This document shows, piece after piece, positions 27,964 through 40,461 of a stretch of DNA of 64,000 nt. Source of the stretch: Spirochaetales bacterium. Its GTDB lineage: Bacteria > Spirochaetota > Spirochaetia > SZUA-6 > JAFGRV01. The DNA lies in contig JAFGQK010000090.1 in the NCBI GenBank assembly GCA_016935735.1, forward strand, positions 1,250 through 65,249, written 5' to 3'. The notes below the pieces were generated by a model. That model searched no databases and was not told where the DNA came from. It worked only from the letters and a program-made list of their open reading frames with translations. The position numbers were made by a program, and so were the translations under genes. Within the stretch, counting starts at the first letter, position 1. The number at the start of each line of letters is the position of its first letter.

Positions 27964-30900
27964 CTAAAGAATGGTTAATCCGGCATTCTCTTCCGGGGGA
28001 GCACCGATTTCCTTTTCTTTACCTTTTTCTTCTATTATTTTAGTAATCGATACATCAATATCTTCCATATTTTCATCAAAGAGTTTGACATTCTTATACA
28101 GTTTCATACCGGTTCCTGCTGGAATCTGATGTCCGATAATAACATTTTCCTTAAGGCCTCTTAAATGATCAACCGATCCTTCAATTGCCGCATTGGTGAG
28201 TACCCGGGTGGTTTCCTGGAAGGAAGCAGCAGAAATAAAACTGTCGATATTAAGTGATGCCCTGGTAATTCCCTGGATAAGCGGCCGGGCAATTGACGGC
28301 TGCCCGCCTTCACGAATCACTTTTTTGTTTTCTTCATTAAATATATGCTTATCTACATGCTGGCCGTAAATAAAATGGGTATCACCCACCTGCATAATTT
28401 CCACTTTTCTCATCATTTGCCTGATAATAATACCAATATGCTTGTCATTGATATTCACTCCTTGTAACCTGTATACCTCCTGTATTTCATTCACCAGGTA
28501 ACTTTGAAGTGCATTTTCTCCCAGGATGTGAAGAATATCATGAGGATCAATATTCCCGTCACAGAGAGGTTCGCCTGCATCAACTGAATCACCATCCCTG
28601 ACAAGGAGATGTTTTCCCATTGGTATGAGATGCTTAAACTCCTTTCCGTAAGGATCAACAACAATAATATTACGTTTCCCTTTTATTATACCTTTAAACT
28701 GTACAACACCGCTTATTTTTGAAAGAACTGCCGGATTCTTCGGTTTCCTGGATTCAAAAAGTTCCCCGACACGCGGCAATCCACCGGTAATGTCCCTGGT
28801 CTTTACACTTTCCTTTAACAATTTGGCAAGTGTCGTGCCTGCCTTAATCCTATCGCTATCTTCTACATTCAGATAAGCCGAACCGGGTAAAAAATATACT
28901 GCCTGTTCCTCTTCATTATCATTTATAATAACTATTCGCGGCTGGAGTGTTTCCAGGGTGAACTCGGTAACTTTCTTATCTATTTTACCGGTTTCTTCAT
29001 TTATTTCTTCTTTCAGGGTTGTTCCTAAAATAATATCCTCAAACTTTATAATTCCGTCAACTTCCGAAATAATGGGTTCACTAAAAGGATCATAAAAAGC
29101 TATCGCTTCTTCCGGTGCAACAATATCCCCGGCTTTTACAACGAGTTCTGATCCGTTTCGTATATCGATCTTCTGATCCTGGGCAATAAGCAGCAGATGA
29201 TTGTCTTTAAACATGATATACGCAATATCATCCGATTCGATCTTCTTTTTGCCCCGTTTAACAATCGCCTGGCCTTTAATGATCTTCTGGCCATCTTCAA
29301 CAAGAATGGCATCTTTTGGTTTTAATTCAATATTTTCAAAAATTCTGTTTACCAGTAAATATCCTTTTCGTGTAAAAAGCTCATTCCCGTTTGAAAGCTT
29401 TACCCTGTTTCCACTGATTTCTTTCACAATGACCGGGTATTTTAAATAAGTTCTGTTTTCTTCAGAAATCTTGGTAGCTGCTCCTCCTATATGGAATGTC
29501 CTCATTGTAAGCTGGGTTCCGGGCTGGCCGATAGACTGGGCGGCAACAATACCAACTGCCTCCCCGATATCAACTGCTTTATTTGTTGCCAGGTTTCTCC
29601 CATAACATTTTACGCACACTCCATGTTTTGCTTCACAGGTAAGACCGGTCCTGATTCGCACCCCTTCTATCCCTGCTTCTTCTATCTTTTCTGCTATTTC
29701 GTCGGTAATTTCCTGATTCACATCCACGATGATTTCGCCGGTAATCGGATGTTTAACCCTTTCCAGCGTGAATCTTCCTGCAATCCTGTCCCGGAGAGCC
29801 TCGACAATCTCTTCCCCGTCTTTAATAGCCCTTCGTTCAATCCCATTGATTGTGCCGCAATCATATTCATTCACCACCACGTCCTGGGCAATATCAACAA
29901 GCCTCCTCGTCAGGTAACCGGCATCTGCGGTCTTTAAAGCAGTATCTGCCAGACCTTTCCTTGCACCGTTTGTTGAAATAAAGAATTCAATAACCGATAA
30001 TCCTTCTTTAAAATTGGACCGTATGGGAAGTTCGATAATATCACCGGAGGGTTTTGCCATAAGGCCACGCATCCCGGCCAGCTGCCTGATCTGGGTCCTG
30101 CTTCCCCGTGCACCGGAATGTGCCATCATATAAACCGGATTAAATCCGCCTTTGTCCTTTTTAAGTGTTTTCATCATCTCGTTCGTAACGAGTTCATTCG
30201 TTGTACTCCATACCTCTACAACCCTGTTATACCGTTCTTCGTTGGTAATATGTCCCTGGAGATACTGTTTCTGGATTTCCTCTACCAGTGAATTGGCCTT
30301 TGCAATAAGGTTCTTCTTTTCCTCCGGGATAACAATATCCTCCATCCCGATTGTTGCACCGAATTTGGTCGCGTATTTGAATCCAAGGTCTTTAATAATA
30401 TCCAGCATCTGGACAGCAGTAAACGGACCAAAGGTTTTATAGCAATCTGCAATAAGTTTATGGAGTTCCTTCTCCCCGATTTCCCTGTTAATAAACCCGA
30501 TTTCTTTGGGAACCTCTTCATTTAGAATAATTCTTCCGGGTGTTGTTTCTATGTATTCACCTTTAATATTCACCTTTACCAGCGCCTGATAATCCACATC
30601 CTTTACATCTACGGCAAGGAGTACTTCCTCTGCTGACGAATAATACCGCCCCTCCCCTTTTGCTCCTATTTTCTGTTTTGTAAGATAGTTGATTCCAAGA
30701 ACCATATCCTGGGTTGGTACGGTAATAGGATTCCCATTTGCCGGATCCAGTAAATTCTTTGAAGAAAGAATAAGTGTCCAGCATTCCATCCGGGCAGCCT
30801 GGGTAAGCGGCACATGAACAGCCATCTGATCCCCATCGAAATCCGCATTAAAAGCATGACACACAAGCGGATGAAGCTTAATGGCTTTTCCCTCCACAAG

Positions 30901-32187
30901 CATCGGTTCAAATGCCTGGATTCCAAGCCGGTGCAGGGTAGGCGCTCTGTTAAGGAGTATAGGATGTTCACGGACAACCTCATCCAGTACTGCGTAAACT
31001 TCCGAGGTTTCCTGCTCCACAAATGTTTTGGCCTTTTTTATATTATAGACCACATCCTTTTCCACAAGTTTTTTCATGATAAAAGGTTTATATAATTCCA
31101 GCGCCATTTTTGTGGGCAGCCCGCATTGATGAAGTTTCAACTCAGGTCCGACGACAATCACACTTCTCCCGGAATAATCTACACGTTTCCCGAGAAGGTT
31201 CTGCCTGAATCTGCCCTGCTTTCCACGCAGCATATCGGAAAGTGATTTAAGAGGCCTGTTGGAAGCTCCTTTTACCACTCTTCTTTTCTTGGAATTGTCA
31301 AAAAGAGCATCGACTGCTTCCTGGAGCATTCTTTTTTCATTACGGATAATAATATCCGGGGCATTTAATGCCTGGAGCCTCTTTAACCTGTTGTTCCTGT
31401 TTATAACCCGGCGGTAAAGATCGTTCAAATCTGATGTTGCAAACCTTCCCCCGTCCAGCTGGACCATGGGTCTTAACTCCGGCGGGATAACAGGGATAAC
31501 ATCCAGAATCATCCATTCCGGTCTGTTTTCAGAGTCCCTGAAATTCTCTACAATCCCGATTCTTTTAAGAAGTCTTTTATCAACCTTCTGGCCTTTTTCT
31601 ATCATTACCCTCCGTAATTCCGCAGAAACGGCATCCAGGTCCATCGATTCAAGGAGAATTTTAATGGCTCCTGCACCGATACCCGCGGTAAATGCCATTC
31701 CATACCGCTCTTTTGCCTCGTAACACTCCTCCTCTGTGAGGACCTCCATTTTTTTCAGGTCCGTGTCACCGGGATCAATAACGATGTATTTTTCATAATA
31801 GAGAATAGACCTCAAGGCTGCAAGGGAAAGATCCAGGAGTAATCCCATTCTTGACGGTACAGACCGGTAATACCATATGTGAGAGACCGGAGATGCAAGT
31901 TCAATATGCCCCATCCGTTCACGGCGAACCTTAAAGTGGGTTACTTCGACTCCGCAACGGTCACAAATAACACCTTTATACCTGATTGACTTGAACTTTC
32001 CGCAATAACATTCCCATTCCTTTGTCGTACCGAATATTTTCTCACAAAAAAGTCCGTCCCTTTCAGGACGCAATGTCCTGTAATTTATCGTTTCCGGCTT
32101 TTTCACTTCACCATAAGACCACGCCCTTATCTGTTCCGGTGAAGCTAATTTAAGCATTATCGTATCAAAATCCTGGATTTCTCTCAT
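27964..32187 (-). CDS. rpoC: DNA-directed RNA polymerase subunit beta'
   Basis: 1407 aa. Zn-binding [23 protein letters not shown] and the catalytic [12 protein letters not shown] motif. Confidence 0.98.
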   Translation of the reverse strand: MREIQDFDTIMLKLASPEQIRAWSYGEVKKPETINYRTLRPERDGLFCEKIFGTTKEWECYCGKFKSIRYKGVICDRCGVEVTHFKVRRERMGHIELASPVSHIWYYRSVPSRMGLLLDLSLAALRSILYYEKYIVIDPGDTDLKKMEVLTEEECYEAKERYGMAFTAGIGAGAIKILLESMDLDAVSAELRRVMIEKGQKVDKRLLKRIGIVENFRDSENRPEWMILDVIPVIPPELRPMVQLDGGRFATSDLNDLYRRVINRNNRLKRLQALNAPDIIIRNEKRMLQEAVDALFDNSKKRRVVKGASNRPLKSLSDMLRGKQGRFRQNLLGKRVDYSGRSVIVVGPELKLHQCGLPTKMALELYKPFIMKKLVEKDVVYNIKKAKTFVEQETSEVYAVLDEVVREHPILLNRAPTLHRLGIQAFEPMLVEGKAIKLHPLVCHAFNADFDGDQMAVHVPLTQAARMECWTLILSSKNLLDPANGNPITVPTQDMVLGINYLTKQKIGAKGEGRYYSSAEEVLLAVDVKDVDYQALVKVNIKGEYIETTPGRIILNEEVPKEIGFINREIGEKELHKLIADCYKTFGPFTAVQMLDIIKDLGFKYATKFGATIGMEDIVIPEEKKNLIAKANSLVEEIQKQYLQGHITNEERYNRVVEVWSTTNELVTNEMMKTLKKDKGGFNPVYMMAHSGARGSRTQIRQLAGMRGLMAKPSGDIIELPIRSNFKEGLSVIEFFISTNGARKGLADTALKTADAGYLTRRLVDIAQDVVVNEYDCGTINGIERRAIKDGEEIVEALRDRIAGRFTLERVKHPITGEIIVDVNQEITDEIAEKIEEAGIEGVRIRTGLTCEAKHGVCVKCYGRNLATNKAVDIGEAVGIVAAQSIGQPGTQLTMRTFHIGGAATKISEENRTYLKYPVIVKEISGNRVKLSNGNELFTRKGYLLVNRIFENIELKPKDAILVEDGQKIIKGQAIVKRGKKKIESDDIAYIMFKDNHLLLIAQDQKIDIRNGSELVVKAGDIVAPEEAIAFYDPFSEPIISEVDGIIKFEDIILGTTLKEEINEETGKIDKKVTEFTLETLQPRIVIINDNEEEQAVYFLPGSAYLNVEDSDRIKAGTTLAKLLKESVKTRDITGGLPRVGELFESRKPKNPAVLSKISGVVQFKGIIKGKRNIIVVDPYGKEFKHLIPMGKHLLVRDGDSVDAGEPLCDGNIDPHDILHILGENALQSYLVNEIQEVYRLQGVNINDKHIGIIIRQMMRKVEIMQVGDTHFIYGQHVDKHIFNEENKKVIREGGQPSIARPLIQGITRASLNIDSFISAASFQETTRVLTNAAIEGSVDHLRGLKENVIIGHQIPAGTGMKLYKNVKLFDENMEDIDVSITKIIEEKGKEKEIGAPPEENAGLTIL

Positions 32188-32288
32188 TCTATTACTTTCT
32201 CCTTATACATCAAAGACTCCTGTATTCCATTAGTTGCATCATTTCAAGTACTGTTTAATACAGCAGTATTCCTTTTATGTAAAACAAC

Positions 32289-35200
32289 TTAAAAATTACT
32301 CCCCTGCTGGCTGATTAACTCCTCATCTCTTTCAGTAAGAGGTATTTGTTTTCCCCTGGAATCGAATATCTTTATATCAAGTGCAAGACCCCTGAGTTCC
32401 TGGATAAGTACATTAAACGATTCAGGAATTCCTGCAGGAGAGGATACTTCCCCTTTCACAATACTTTCGTAAATCCGGGCTCTTCCTGTCATATCATCGG
32501 ATTTGATTGTAAGAAGCTCCTGTAATGTATTTGCTGCGCCATATGCTTCAAGTGCCCAAACTTCCATTTCGCCAAGCCTTTGACCGCCGAATTGAGCCTT
32601 CCCCCCAAGGGGCTGCTGGGTGACCAGGGAATATGGTCCGGTCGATCGAGCATGAATCTTATCATCGACAAGATGATGAAGTTTCAGCATATAGATATAG
32701 CCGACATTTATGGGATTTTCAAAGGGTTCGCCTGAAAGGCCATCATAAAGTACAATCTTCGAGTTGATGGGAAGGCCTGCCTCTTTGAGTTTTCTTTCTA
32801 TCATTTCGTTGGTGGCAGATTGGAACACAGGGGTTGCATACCATTCACTCAGTATGGTGCCTGCCCACCCGAGTTCGGTTTCCAGTATCTGTCCGAGGTT
32901 CATTCTCGAAGGAACCCCTAAAGGATTAAGCACCAGGTCGATTGATGTGCCGTCAGTCATAAATGGCATATCCTCTTCCGGGAGAACCCGGGCAATAACA
33001 CCCTTGTTCCCGTGCCGGCCTGCCATTTTATCTCCTTCCTGGAGCTTCCTCTTTGTGGCAATAAGTACTTTTACCACTTCAATAACACCCGGATCAAGAT
33101 CGTCACCATCTGCACGTCTGAGCCTTTGAATATCGATAACAGTTCCTTCCACTCCATGGGGAACCTTGAGTGATGTATCGCGGACTTCCTTTGCTTTTTC
33201 ACCGAAAATCGAGTTCAAGAGTTTGAATTCAGGCGTGGAATCTGTCTCGCTTTTCGGTGTTACTTTACCGACCAGGATAAATCCCGATTTTACCTTTGCA
33301 CCAACCCGTATGATCCCTTCCTCATCAAGCTGATCAAAAGACTTTTCACTGGTATTTGGGATATCCCGTGTTATTTTTTCCGGCCCGAGCTTTGTTTCCC
33401 TTACTTCAATGGAAAACTCTTTTATATGAATAGAGGTAAAGATATCTTCTTTGATAATTCTTTCAGAAATCAGGATCGCGTCCTCGTAGTTATATCCGTT
33501 CCACGGCATAAACGCAACCAGGACGTTTCTTCCGAGCGCCAGTTCCCCATTTGACGTTGCGGGACCGTCGGCTATCACCTGGCCTTTATCGACATGCTGA
33601 TCCTTCTTTACAATAGGATAATGATTAAAACATGTATCCTGGTTTGTCCGTTTGAACTTAAAAAGTCTATAAACATCAATATCATCCGGGCCTTTGGCAT
33701 CATCCGGTCTGATATGGATTTCATCAGATCTGACATACTCGATAATCCCTGCCCGATTTGCAATAACCATAACCCCCGAATCATAGGCTGTTTTACCTTC
33801 CATCCCTGTTCCTACCCTGGGGGCTTCCGGCCGGAGCAGAGGAACAGCCTGTCTCTGCATATTGGAACCCATAAGTGCCCTGTTTGCATCATCATGTTCC
33901 AGAAAAGGGATTAAAGATGCAGATACGGATACAACCTGTTTAGGCGATACATCCATATAATCAATTTCAGATGGAGTACGGGTGGTATAATCTCCCCCCT
34001 TCCTTACCGGAACCAGGGTTTCCAGGAAGTTTCCGTCATCATCAATCGGGGCATTTGCCTGGGCGATAAAATATTTCTCTTCATCCATAGCAGAAAGGTA
34101 TTCAATCTGGTTTGTGGCTCTTCCGTCAATCACCTTTCTATACGGAGTTTCAAGAAATCCATACTCATTCACCCTTGTATAGTTAGCAAGGCTTACGATA
34201 AGCCCGATATTCGGTCCTTCCGGCGTTTCAATCGGACACATTCTTCCGTAATGTGTATAATGGACATCACGGACTTCAAATCCTGCCCTGTCACGGGAAA
34301 GTCCTCCCGGTCCTAATGCATTTAAACGCCGCTTATGGGTGAGTTCAGAGAGAGGATTAACCTGATCCATAAACTGGGAGAGTTGGGAAGATCCGAAAAA
34401 TTCTTTAACACTTGTTACGATCGGTTTGATTGATATAAGATCCTGCGGTTTTATCGTTTCTATTTCCTTGAGGGTCATCCTTTCTTTTGCTATTCTTTCC
34501 ATTCTGGCAAATGCTGTCTTCAGCTGATTTGCAAGGAGTTCCCCAACCGAACGTATACGCCGGTTACCCAGGTGATCTATATCATCGACATTTGCCTCAC
34601 CAATATATACTTTAATAAGGAAGGCAATGGTATTGATAATATCTTCTTTCTTGAGAGTATTCAAATCGGTGGATTCATTATAATCGAACTTTTTATTCAA
34701 TTTATATCTTCCCACACGTCCCAGGTTATACCTGCGGGGTGAAAAAAACATGGAATGGAGGTCTTTCTCTGCACTCTCGATGGTAATTGGTTCACCAGGC
34801 ATAATATTTGAATAAACATGGGAAATAGCATCTTCCTTTGTCGGTTCATCCTTTGTGGGATCATCCTTCGCTATTTTCATTTCTTCGCGTTCAAAACAAT
34901 TCAGGAATATCTGGGAATGAAGGGAATCGGGATGGGAAAAATCGATTATTTCTATCTCTGTTATTCCCTGGTGAAGAAGCTCTTCCACATCATGCGGGTG
35001 GATTTTATCCCCTGCCCTGTATAATTTCTTTCTGGCCTGTTCCTCCCCGATATAAACCTCTTTGGCAAAAACCTTACCGACAAGTTTCTCTTTTTCTTCC
35101 CTGGATTCTGTAATTGCAACCTTCTTTGTTTCATAAAAAAGATCAATAATTTTTTCCCTGGTATCATAACCAAGGGCCCGGAGGAACATTGTAACGAGTA

Positions 35201-35792
35201 TTTTCTTTTTCCGGTCTATCTTTGTAAAAACAAGCTCACGCTTTTTATCGATTTCAAACTCCAGCCATGATCCTTTGTATGGAATAATCCGGGAAGAATA
35301 GACACCCTTATCATCAGAAAAAATAACACCAGGGGACCGGTGAATCTGGCTTACGACAACTCTTTCTGCGCCATTGATAATAAAGGTTCCCCTTTCTGTC
35401 ATAAGGGGAATATCACCCATATAAATTTCTTTTTGTCTGATCTCGCCTGTCTGGAGAAAAAGCAGGTTAATCTTTGCTTTTACCGGAATTGAATACGTGA
35501 GTCCCTTTTCCTTACTCTCAAACTCGGAAAATTTCACCCCCTCCTCATTCAGGGTATACCCGCAATATTCCAGAACAAGTTCCCCATTTGGACTTTCAAT
35601 AGGGAATGTGTCCTGAAAAACAGATTCCAGTCCCGCTCTCTCCAGCTTTTCTCCATTATTCAATCTTCTCCGCTGCAAAAAAGTTTCATATGAATGAAGC
35701 TGAATTTCAATAAGATGGGGAACATCCATTACATCTTTATATTCTTTACCTAAATAGATTCTCTCTATTTTTTTAACCTGTTCAAGGATCAT
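32289..35792 (-). CDS. rpoB: DNA-directed RNA polymerase subunit beta
   Basis: 1167 aa. Rif-region-like [34 protein letters not shown] and C-terminal [19 protein letters not shown]. Confidence 0.98.
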   Translation of the reverse strand: MILEQVKKIERIYLGKEYKDVMDVPHLIEIQLHSYETFLQRRRLNNGEKLERAGLESVFQDTFPIESPNGELVLEYCGYTLNEEGVKFSEFESKEKGLTYSIPVKAKINLLFLQTGEIRQKEIYMGDIPLMTERGTFIINGAERVVVSQIHRSPGVIFSDDKGVYSSRIIPYKGSWLEFEIDKKRELVFTKIDRKKKILVTMFLRALGYDTREKIIDLFYETKKVAITESREEKEKLVGKVFAKEVYIGEEQARKKLYRAGDKIHPHDVEELLHQGITEIEIIDFSHPDSLHSQIFLNCFEREEMKIAKDDPTKDEPTKEDAISHVYSNIMPGEPITIESAEKDLHSMFFSPRRYNLGRVGRYKLNKKFDYNESTDLNTLKKEDIINTIAFLIKVYIGEANVDDIDHLGNRRIRSVGELLANQLKTAFARMERIAKERMTLKEIETIKPQDLISIKPIVTSVKEFFGSSQLSQFMDQVNPLSELTHKRRLNALGPGGLSRDRAGFEVRDVHYTHYGRMCPIETPEGPNIGLIVSLANYTRVNEYGFLETPYRKVIDGRATNQIEYLSAMDEEKYFIAQANAPIDDDGNFLETLVPVRKGGDYTTRTPSEIDYMDVSPKQVVSVSASLIPFLEHDDANRALMGSNMQRQAVPLLRPEAPRVGTGMEGKTAYDSGVMVIANRAGIIEYVRSDEIHIRPDDAKGPDDIDVYRLFKFKRTNQDTCFNHYPIVKKDQHVDKGQVIADGPATSNGELALGRNVLVAFMPWNGYNYEDAILISERIIKEDIFTSIHIKEFSIEVRETKLGPEKITRDIPNTSEKSFDQLDEEGIIRVGAKVKSGFILVGKVTPKSETDSTPEFKLLNSIFGEKAKEVRDTSLKVPHGVEGTVIDIQRLRRADGDDLDPGVIEVVKVLIATKRKLQEGDKMAGRHGNKGVIARVLPEEDMPFMTDGTSIDLVLNPLGVPSRMNLGQILETELGWAGTILSEWYATPVFQSATNEMIERKLKEAGLPINSKIVLYDGLSGEPFENPINVGYIYMLKLHHLVDDKIHARSTGPYSLVTQQPLGGKAQFGGQRLGEMEVWALEAYGAANTLQELLTIKSDDMTGRARIYESIVKGEVSSPAGIPESFNVLIQELRGLALDIKIFDSRGKQIPLTERDEELISQQGSNF

Positions 35793-35815
35793 TGAACCTC
35801 CCTGTTAAACAATAT

Positions 35816-35841
35816 CCACAGGCATAAAAATATACCTGTGG
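35816..35841 (-). promoter_or_regulatory. Hairpin immediately upstream of the rpoB RBS (possible attenuator/processing structure)
   Basis: A 7-bp stem ccacagg/cctgtgg (35816-35822 and 35835-35841) with a 12-nt AT loop, about 24 nt upstream of the rpoB ATG. The rplL-rpoB spacer is 287 bp. Confidence 0.3.
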
Positions 35842-36079
35842 TTGTTAGAGAAAAAAAAATTGATTATTCGTTGTTTATTTCCAGAATTCACATGATTTCT
35901 CAATATATTCCGGGACATCCTGATATATTTACTCTTCCGTCGCCCATCGGAAAATCCCTGGAGTTCTGGCTATGATTTACAGGCACAGGTAATGATTTTC
36001 ATCAATATTCTCAATAATGAAAAATGAATATCACAGCCAAAACATCTATAGCTATAAATCACTTAAATCCTTTTAAGCA

Positions 36080-36475
36080 TTATTTAATCTCTACAACACC
36101 TCCCGCTGCTGTAATTCGTTCCTTTATTTTTTCCGCTTCATCTTTTGAAATATCTTCTTTTATAGGTTTATCACCAGTTTCAACCAGTTCTTTTGCTTCT
36201 TTAAGACCCAATCCCGTAATTGCTTTCACTTCTTTAATTACCGGAATCTTTTTGCCTTCTTCGAAACTTCTCAGGATTACTGTAAATTCTGTCTTTTCCT
36301 CGGCTTCTTCTGCTTTTGGTCCACCCTGCGCTATACCGGCACCGGAAACCATGGCTACAGGAGCAGCAGCAGTCACACCGAATTTCTCCTCGATTGCTTT
36401 TACAAGTTCAGATAATTCCAGTACAGTCATGCTGGAAATCGCATCAAGAATTTCATCTTTTGTTTTTGTTGCCAT
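36080..36475 (-). CDS. rplL: 50S ribosomal protein L7/L12
   Basis: [34 protein letters not shown]...[16 protein letters not shown]. Confidence 0.95.
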   Translation of the reverse strand: MATKTKDEILDAISSMTVLELSELVKAIEEKFGVTAAAPVAMVSGAGIAQGGPKAEEAEEKTEFTVILRSFEEGKKIPVIKEVKAITGLGLKEAKELVETGDKPIKEDISKDEAEKIKERITAAGGVVEIK

Positions 36476-36678
36476 TTTATCATCTCCTCAAATATTTTAT
36501 CACTGATCCGGTCTATCCGGGATACATGGTTTATTCCAGATTCCTTTTTCATATTATAACTGGTTGATTTTACGAAAGGTTTCTTCCTTGAAAAATAAAA
36601 TCAACCAAGAAGCACGTTATAATAGAAAAAAATAAGAACCCGGTTGAAATTCATAAGTATCCCTGAATAAAGCCCGTA

Positions 36679-37215
36679 TCATTCTTTTGACTTCTTATCG
36701 GCTACAGCCTTTAATGTACGGACGAATTTCTCAGTAACTCCATTCATCGCATACATCGTATTTCTTAATGGTCCTGTCATGGCGCTTAAGAGCATTGAAA
36801 TAAGCTGCTCTTTACCAGGCAATGCAGAGAAAGCCTCTACCTCGGCCATGTTCATGACACGTTTATCAATAACTCCGCCTTTTACCTGTATTGATTCATT
36901 CTTTGCATAATCAAAAAGTATTTTTGCTGCCTGTCCCGCATCCTTTGCTATCAATGTTAATGCAGTAGGACCAATTAAGTAATCACTGATGTCCGGGTAA
37001 TCAATATCTTTAAGGGCGATCCGCGTAAAATCGTTTTTTACGATTTTTAACACAGAATCCTGCTCCCTTAGTTTTTTTCTAAGTTCAGTAATTTTTTCTA
37101 CATTCAATCCACGAAAATCTGTCAAGATAAAATCTTTATATTTCAGAATCGAGTCTTTTATAGCATTTACTGCATCAGTTTTATATTTTTGTATCTTTTG
37201 TGTTTTTTCTCCCAT
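36679..37215 (-). CDS. rplJ: 50S ribosomal protein L10
   Basis: 178 aa located between rplA and rplL. DFRGLNVEKITELRKKLRE pattern is typical of L10. Confidence 0.9.
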   Translation of the reverse strand: MGEKTQKIQKYKTDAVNAIKDSILKYKDFILTDFRGLNVEKITELRKKLREQDSVLKIVKNDFTRIALKDIDYPDISDYLIGPTALTLIAKDAGQAAKILFDYAKNESIQVKGGVIDKRVMNMAEVEAFSALPGKEQLISMLLSAMTGPLRNTMYAMNGVTEKFVRTLKAVADKKSKE

Positions 37216-37330
37216 TGTGCTTCCTTTTCTCCTCTTCTTCTTATAGTATCCAGGACCAGTTTCCTGTATTCTTCCTGCCTGGTTAATTCCGTTTCCCTAT
37301 CCGGTTACTTTCAAGGTTTCCTTAAATTTT

Positions 37331-38011
37331 TCAAGACACCTCATTTAATACAAGTCTGAATCCCGGTCCCATAGTCGATGCGAGTGCAATAGACATAATA
37401 AAATCGCCTTTAAAGTCCGATGGTTTTTTCCTTTTCACTTCCTGTATAACTACCTTTGCGTTCCCCGCTATTTTTTCTGCATCCATCGATACCTTTCCAA
37501 TAGGTAAATGAACAACCCCGGTTTTGTCTGCACGGAATTCCATTCGTCCTTTTTTCAATTCCGAGATTGCTCCTTTTATATCAAAAGTAACTGTCTGTGT
37601 CTTTGGGTTCGGCATAAGACCCCGGCGTCCAAGAATGGGTCCGAGTTTTCCGACATCCTTCATCATATCCGGTGTTGCAACGGCAATGTCAAAATCAAGC
37701 CACCCGCCTTTTATCTTTTCAATAAGATCCGTATCCCCGACATATACTGCACCTGCATTTTTTGCTTCGTCTGCTTTTTCACCCTTTGCAAAAACCAGTA
37801 TTTTCTTCTCTTTACCGAATTGATGTTCAAGAACAACCGTATCCCGGACCGATACTCCCTTCCTTAAATTAAGTTTTAATGAAATATCAATCGTCTCATC
37901 AAACCTGGCAAATGCAATTTCCTTAATCTTTTCTACTGCCTGAGCTATGGTAAAACGTTCATTTTTATCGTATTTTTTTACTGCCCCGGCGTATTTTTTC
38001 CCTCTTCTCAT
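37331..38011 (-). CDS. rplA: 50S ribosomal protein L1
   Basis: [12 protein letters not shown]...[31 protein letters not shown]. Confidence 0.95.
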   Translation of the reverse strand: MRRGKKYAGAVKKYDKNERFTIAQAVEKIKEIAFARFDETIDISLKLNLRKGVSVRDTVVLEHQFGKEKKILVFAKGEKADEAKNAGAVYVGDTDLIEKIKGGWLDFDIAVATPDMMKDVGKLGPILGRRGLMPNPKTQTVTFDIKGAISELKKGRMEFRADKTGVVHLPIGKVSMDAEKIAGNAKVVIQEVKRKKPSDFKGDFIMSIALASTMGPGFRLVLNEVS

Positions 38012-38096
38012 GTTCTTAACCTCATCTTACTAAAACAACAATTGGACCTCAACGAATGTTGAGGACCATTTTATTCAATTTACAATCGAACTTCAC

Positions 38097-38531
38097 CTAT
38101 GAAGACTCTACGGTAACGCCCATACTGCGGGCGGTTCCTGCAATAATTTTCACAGCCGCAGCCAGATCATTTGCGTTAAGATCCGGCATTTTCTGACTCG
38201 CTATATCTTCAATCTGCTTTTGTGTAATTGCCGCCACTTTTTGTTTATTCGGCTCTGGTGATCCTTTTTCCAGCGAACAGGCTTTCTTGATAAGCACTGC
38301 TGCCGGAGGTGTTTTTGTTATAAAAGAAAAGCTTTTATCCTGATAAACGGTAATAACAACAGGAATGATTAACCCTTCTTCGATCTTATTGGTCCTGTCG
38401 TTGAACTGCTTCACAAATTGTGGAGCACTTACACCATGGGGACCAAGCGCCGGACCCACTGGAGGCGCAGGGGTAGCTTTCCCTGCCGGAACCTGCAATT
38501 TAATAATTGCTTTTATTTTCTTCTTTGCCAT
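38097..38531 (-). CDS. rplK: 50S ribosomal protein L11
   Basis: [25 protein letters not shown]...[15 protein letters not shown]. Confidence 0.95.
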   Translation of the reverse strand: MAKKKIKAIIKLQVPAGKATPAPPVGPALGPHGVSAPQFVKQFNDRTNKIEEGLIIPVVITVYQDKSFSFITKTPPAAVLIKKACSLEKGSPEPNKQKVAAITQKQIEDIASQKMPDLNANDLAAAVKIIAGTARSMGVTVESS

Positions 38532-38571
38532 TTCAATTCTCCGATAGTAATACTTTCATTCATATACTGTT

Positions 38572-39126
38572 TTATATCTTTTCAACCTGGAGGAATTCCA
38601 ATTCCACCGGTGTTGCTCTTCCGAAAATACCTACCATGACCCTGAGTTTTCCCTTTTCATAGTTAACTTCTTCTATATTTCCGGTAAAACTATTGAACGG
38701 TCCATCGATTATACGGACAATCTCACCCACGGAGAAATCCATCTTGGGTTTAAGCACCCTCTCTGATTTTATTTCCCCGATTTTCTGTAAAATCACTTTG
38801 GCTTCTTCCTGTTGTATAGGGCTCGGTTTCTGGTTCCTGTTAGAACCGACAAATCCGGTTACCCCGGGAATCCTGACTATCTTTGCACAGATATCCTTCC
38901 ATCCTATATTAGGAAGATCCATTTCCACAAGGACATATCCAGGTAAAAATTTTTTTGTTACCGTTCTCTTTTTTCCATCTTTCACTTCCACGATTTCTTC
39001 TGATGGAACTTTCACATCAAATATATTGTCGCCCAATTCACCATTTTCAATGAGCTTCTTTATCTGTCGCTCTACCTTATTCTCCTGTCCAGAATAAGCA
39101 TGTACGACATACCATCCTTTTGCCAT
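38572..39126 (-). CDS. nusG: Transcription termination/antitermination factor NusG
   Basis: WYVVHAYSGQENKV NGN start, FPGYVLVEM, and a C-terminal KOW (GEIVRIIDGPFNSFTGNIEEV). Confidence 0.95.
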   Translation of the reverse strand: MAKGWYVVHAYSGQENKVERQIKKLIENGELGDNIFDVKVPSEEIVEVKDGKKRTVTKKFLPGYVLVEMDLPNIGWKDICAKIVRIPGVTGFVGSNRNQKPSPIQQEEAKVILQKIGEIKSERVLKPKMDFSVGEIVRIIDGPFNSFTGNIEEVNYEKGKLRVMVGIFGRATPVELEFLQVEKI

Positions 39127-39137
39127 ATTCCTCCGAA

Positions 39138-39317
39138 TTATAATAGTAAATTAAATATTCGATAAAGAGCGATATCTATCAGCCCAAGCACAATGGCTAT
39201 AATTAATACAGATATAATTACTACTTTTGTCGATGATGCAACTTCCTCCCTCGTCGGCCAGATAACCTTCTTTAACTCTGCATAACTTTCCTTTATAAAT
39301 TTAATTAACTTATTCAT
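39138..39317 (-). CDS. secE: Preprotein translocase subunit SecE (single-TM form)
   Basis: ATG at 39317 preceded by aggagaag. MNKLIKFIKESYAELKKVIWPTREEV followed by one TM helix. Sits between tRNA-Trp and nusG. The ORF-track start at 39338 is a TTG abutting the tRNA. Confidence 0.85.
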   Translation of the reverse strand: MNKLIKFIKESYAELKKVIWPTREEVASSTKVVIISVLIIAIVLGLIDIALYRIFNLLL

Positions 39318-39348
39318 ATCACTTCTCCTGCCAAACAAAAAAAGAAAC

Positions 39349-39422
39349 CAGGCCAGGCAGGACTCGAACCTGCAACATCCGGTTTTGGAGACCGGCGCTC
39401 TACCAATTGGAGCTACTGGCCT
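39349..39422 (-). tRNA. trnW: tRNA-Trp (anticodon CCA)
   Basis: Hand-folded cloverleaf: AGGCCAG TA GCTC CAATTGGTA GAGC G CCGGT CTCCAAA ACCGG ATGTT GCAGG TTCGAGT CCTGC CTGGCCT G. No encoded CCA. Confidence 0.9.
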
Positions 39423-39521
39423 AACATACTATATAATCCCTGTACAGATATATTAATAAAACACATACCGGCACTTTACCAGAATAAACATTTAATACAG
39501 GTAAAATAAGCTGAAAACAGC

Positions 39522-39698
39522 TTATTTAATCTTTGCTTCCTTATGAAGAGTATGTTTCCGGTCAAATTTACAATACTTTTTTAACTCCAGTTTACCCTGC
39601 ATATTTCTTTTGTTTTTCTTTACTGTATAATTCCGACGCTTACATTCAGTACATCGCAGTGCAATAAGCTCTACTGTCTTGGCTTTTCCTTTTGCCAT
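39522..39698 (-). CDS. rpmG: 50S ribosomal protein L33 (58 aa), not in the ORF track
   Basis: Hand translation gives [58 protein letters not shown] followed by TAA. CxxC...C pattern. Canonical position upstream of tRNA-Trp/secE. Confidence 0.9.
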   Translation of the reverse strand: MAKGKAKTVELIALRCTECKRRNYTVKKNKRNMQGKLELKKYCKFDRKHTLHKEAKIK

Positions 39699-39730
39699 AG
39701 CATACTACTCCTCTTAAGTTGGTGTTTAAG

Positions 39731-39758
39731 TATATTAAAATAACCAACATTATGTCAA
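39731..39758 (-). promoter_or_regulatory. Sigma70-type promoter candidate for rpmG-secE-nusG
   Basis: The minus strand reads TTGACA (39758-39753), a 16-nt spacer, then AATATA (39736-31), about 35 nt upstream of the rpmG ATG. Confidence 0.45.
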
Positions 39759-39937
39759 TAGAGATATACAATTACATTAAATATTTTACCTCCCGATTTT
39801 TACCGGAATGTGTGTAAAATATCTGGTAATTCCTTAAATGCTGGCCGTAAGGTATCATAGATTTGTAAGAAATCCATTACCTCAATATACCCCTCCTCAC
39901 CGGGTTTTGGGCGCGGCCAACATTATAATCAATATAA

Positions 39938-40010
39938 AGCCTTTGATCGGAATCGAACCGATGACCCCCTCCTTACCATGGAGGTGCTCTGCCTGCTGAG
40001 CTACAAAGGC
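39938..40010 (-). tRNA. trnT: tRNA-Thr (anticodon GGT)
   Basis: GCCTTTG TA GCTC AGCAGGCA GAGC A CCTCC ATGGTAA GGAGG GGGTC ATCGG TTCGATT CCGAT CAAAGGC T. Confidence 0.9.
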
Positions 40011-40136
40011 AGGTTTTAAGAATGTTAATTTAGCGATATATTTTAAATTTGTCAAGCGTTGAGTTCTTTTTTTTCGACTATTTTCGATTTATGGAAAAAA
40101 ATATAAGAAATTAACTATTTTTTTTCTTTCCTGCAC

Positions 40137-40166
40137 TTGACTTTTTTTCACGGATTGGTCATTATT
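40137..40166 (+). promoter_or_regulatory. Promoter candidate for tRNA-Met
   Basis: TTGACT (40137-40142), an 18-nt spacer, then ATTATT (40161-40166), about 10 nt before the tRNA 5' end. Confidence 0.4.
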
Positions 40167-40176
40167 ATAACAACAT

Positions 40177-40249
40177 CGCAGGGTAGAGCAGTTGGCAGCT
40201 CGTCGGGCTCATAACCCGGAGGTCGCAGGTTCGAGTCCTGCCCCTGCTA
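40177..40249 (+). tRNA. tRNA-Met (CAT), initiator-type features
   Basis: CGCAGGG TA GAGC AGTTGGCA GCTC G TCGGG CTCATAA CCCGG AGGTC GCAGG TTCGAGT CCTGC CCCTGCT A. Three consecutive G:C pairs close the anticodon stem, and position 1:72 is unpaired (C:T). Confidence 0.85.
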
Positions 40250-40254
40250 AAGAA

Positions 40255-40282
40255 AAAAGAGACCATTATGGTCTCTTTTTTT
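40255..40282 (+). terminator. Rho-independent terminator after tRNA-Met
   Basis: aaagagacc atta ggtctcttt stem-loop followed by a T-run (gtctcttttttt). Confidence 0.8.
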
Positions 40283-40461
40283 ATTTCCAATAAATACGAT
40301 TTCTTTACTTAGCGAGTTCTGTTCGCACATAGTCCCTTTATATGATCTTATGAGTTCCGTCCCTGCTTAGTCTTGGTAGTCCTGGTTTATATTCTTAAAT
40401 GGTATAGACAGTGCAAAAAAAATACTATATTTATCCATGGAGTAAAATATGCATACATAGA

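Noticed and set aside
29491-33129. Multiple 60-150-aa ORFs on both strands within rpoC/rpoB
   Set aside because: All lie inside or antisense to the 1407-aa and 1167-aa RNA polymerase subunit genes. They are alternative-frame noise.
36024-36506. 160-aa plus-strand ORF
   Set aside because: It is antisense to rplL, whose protein is unmistakable. The Ala/Ser/Ile-rich shadow has no motifs.
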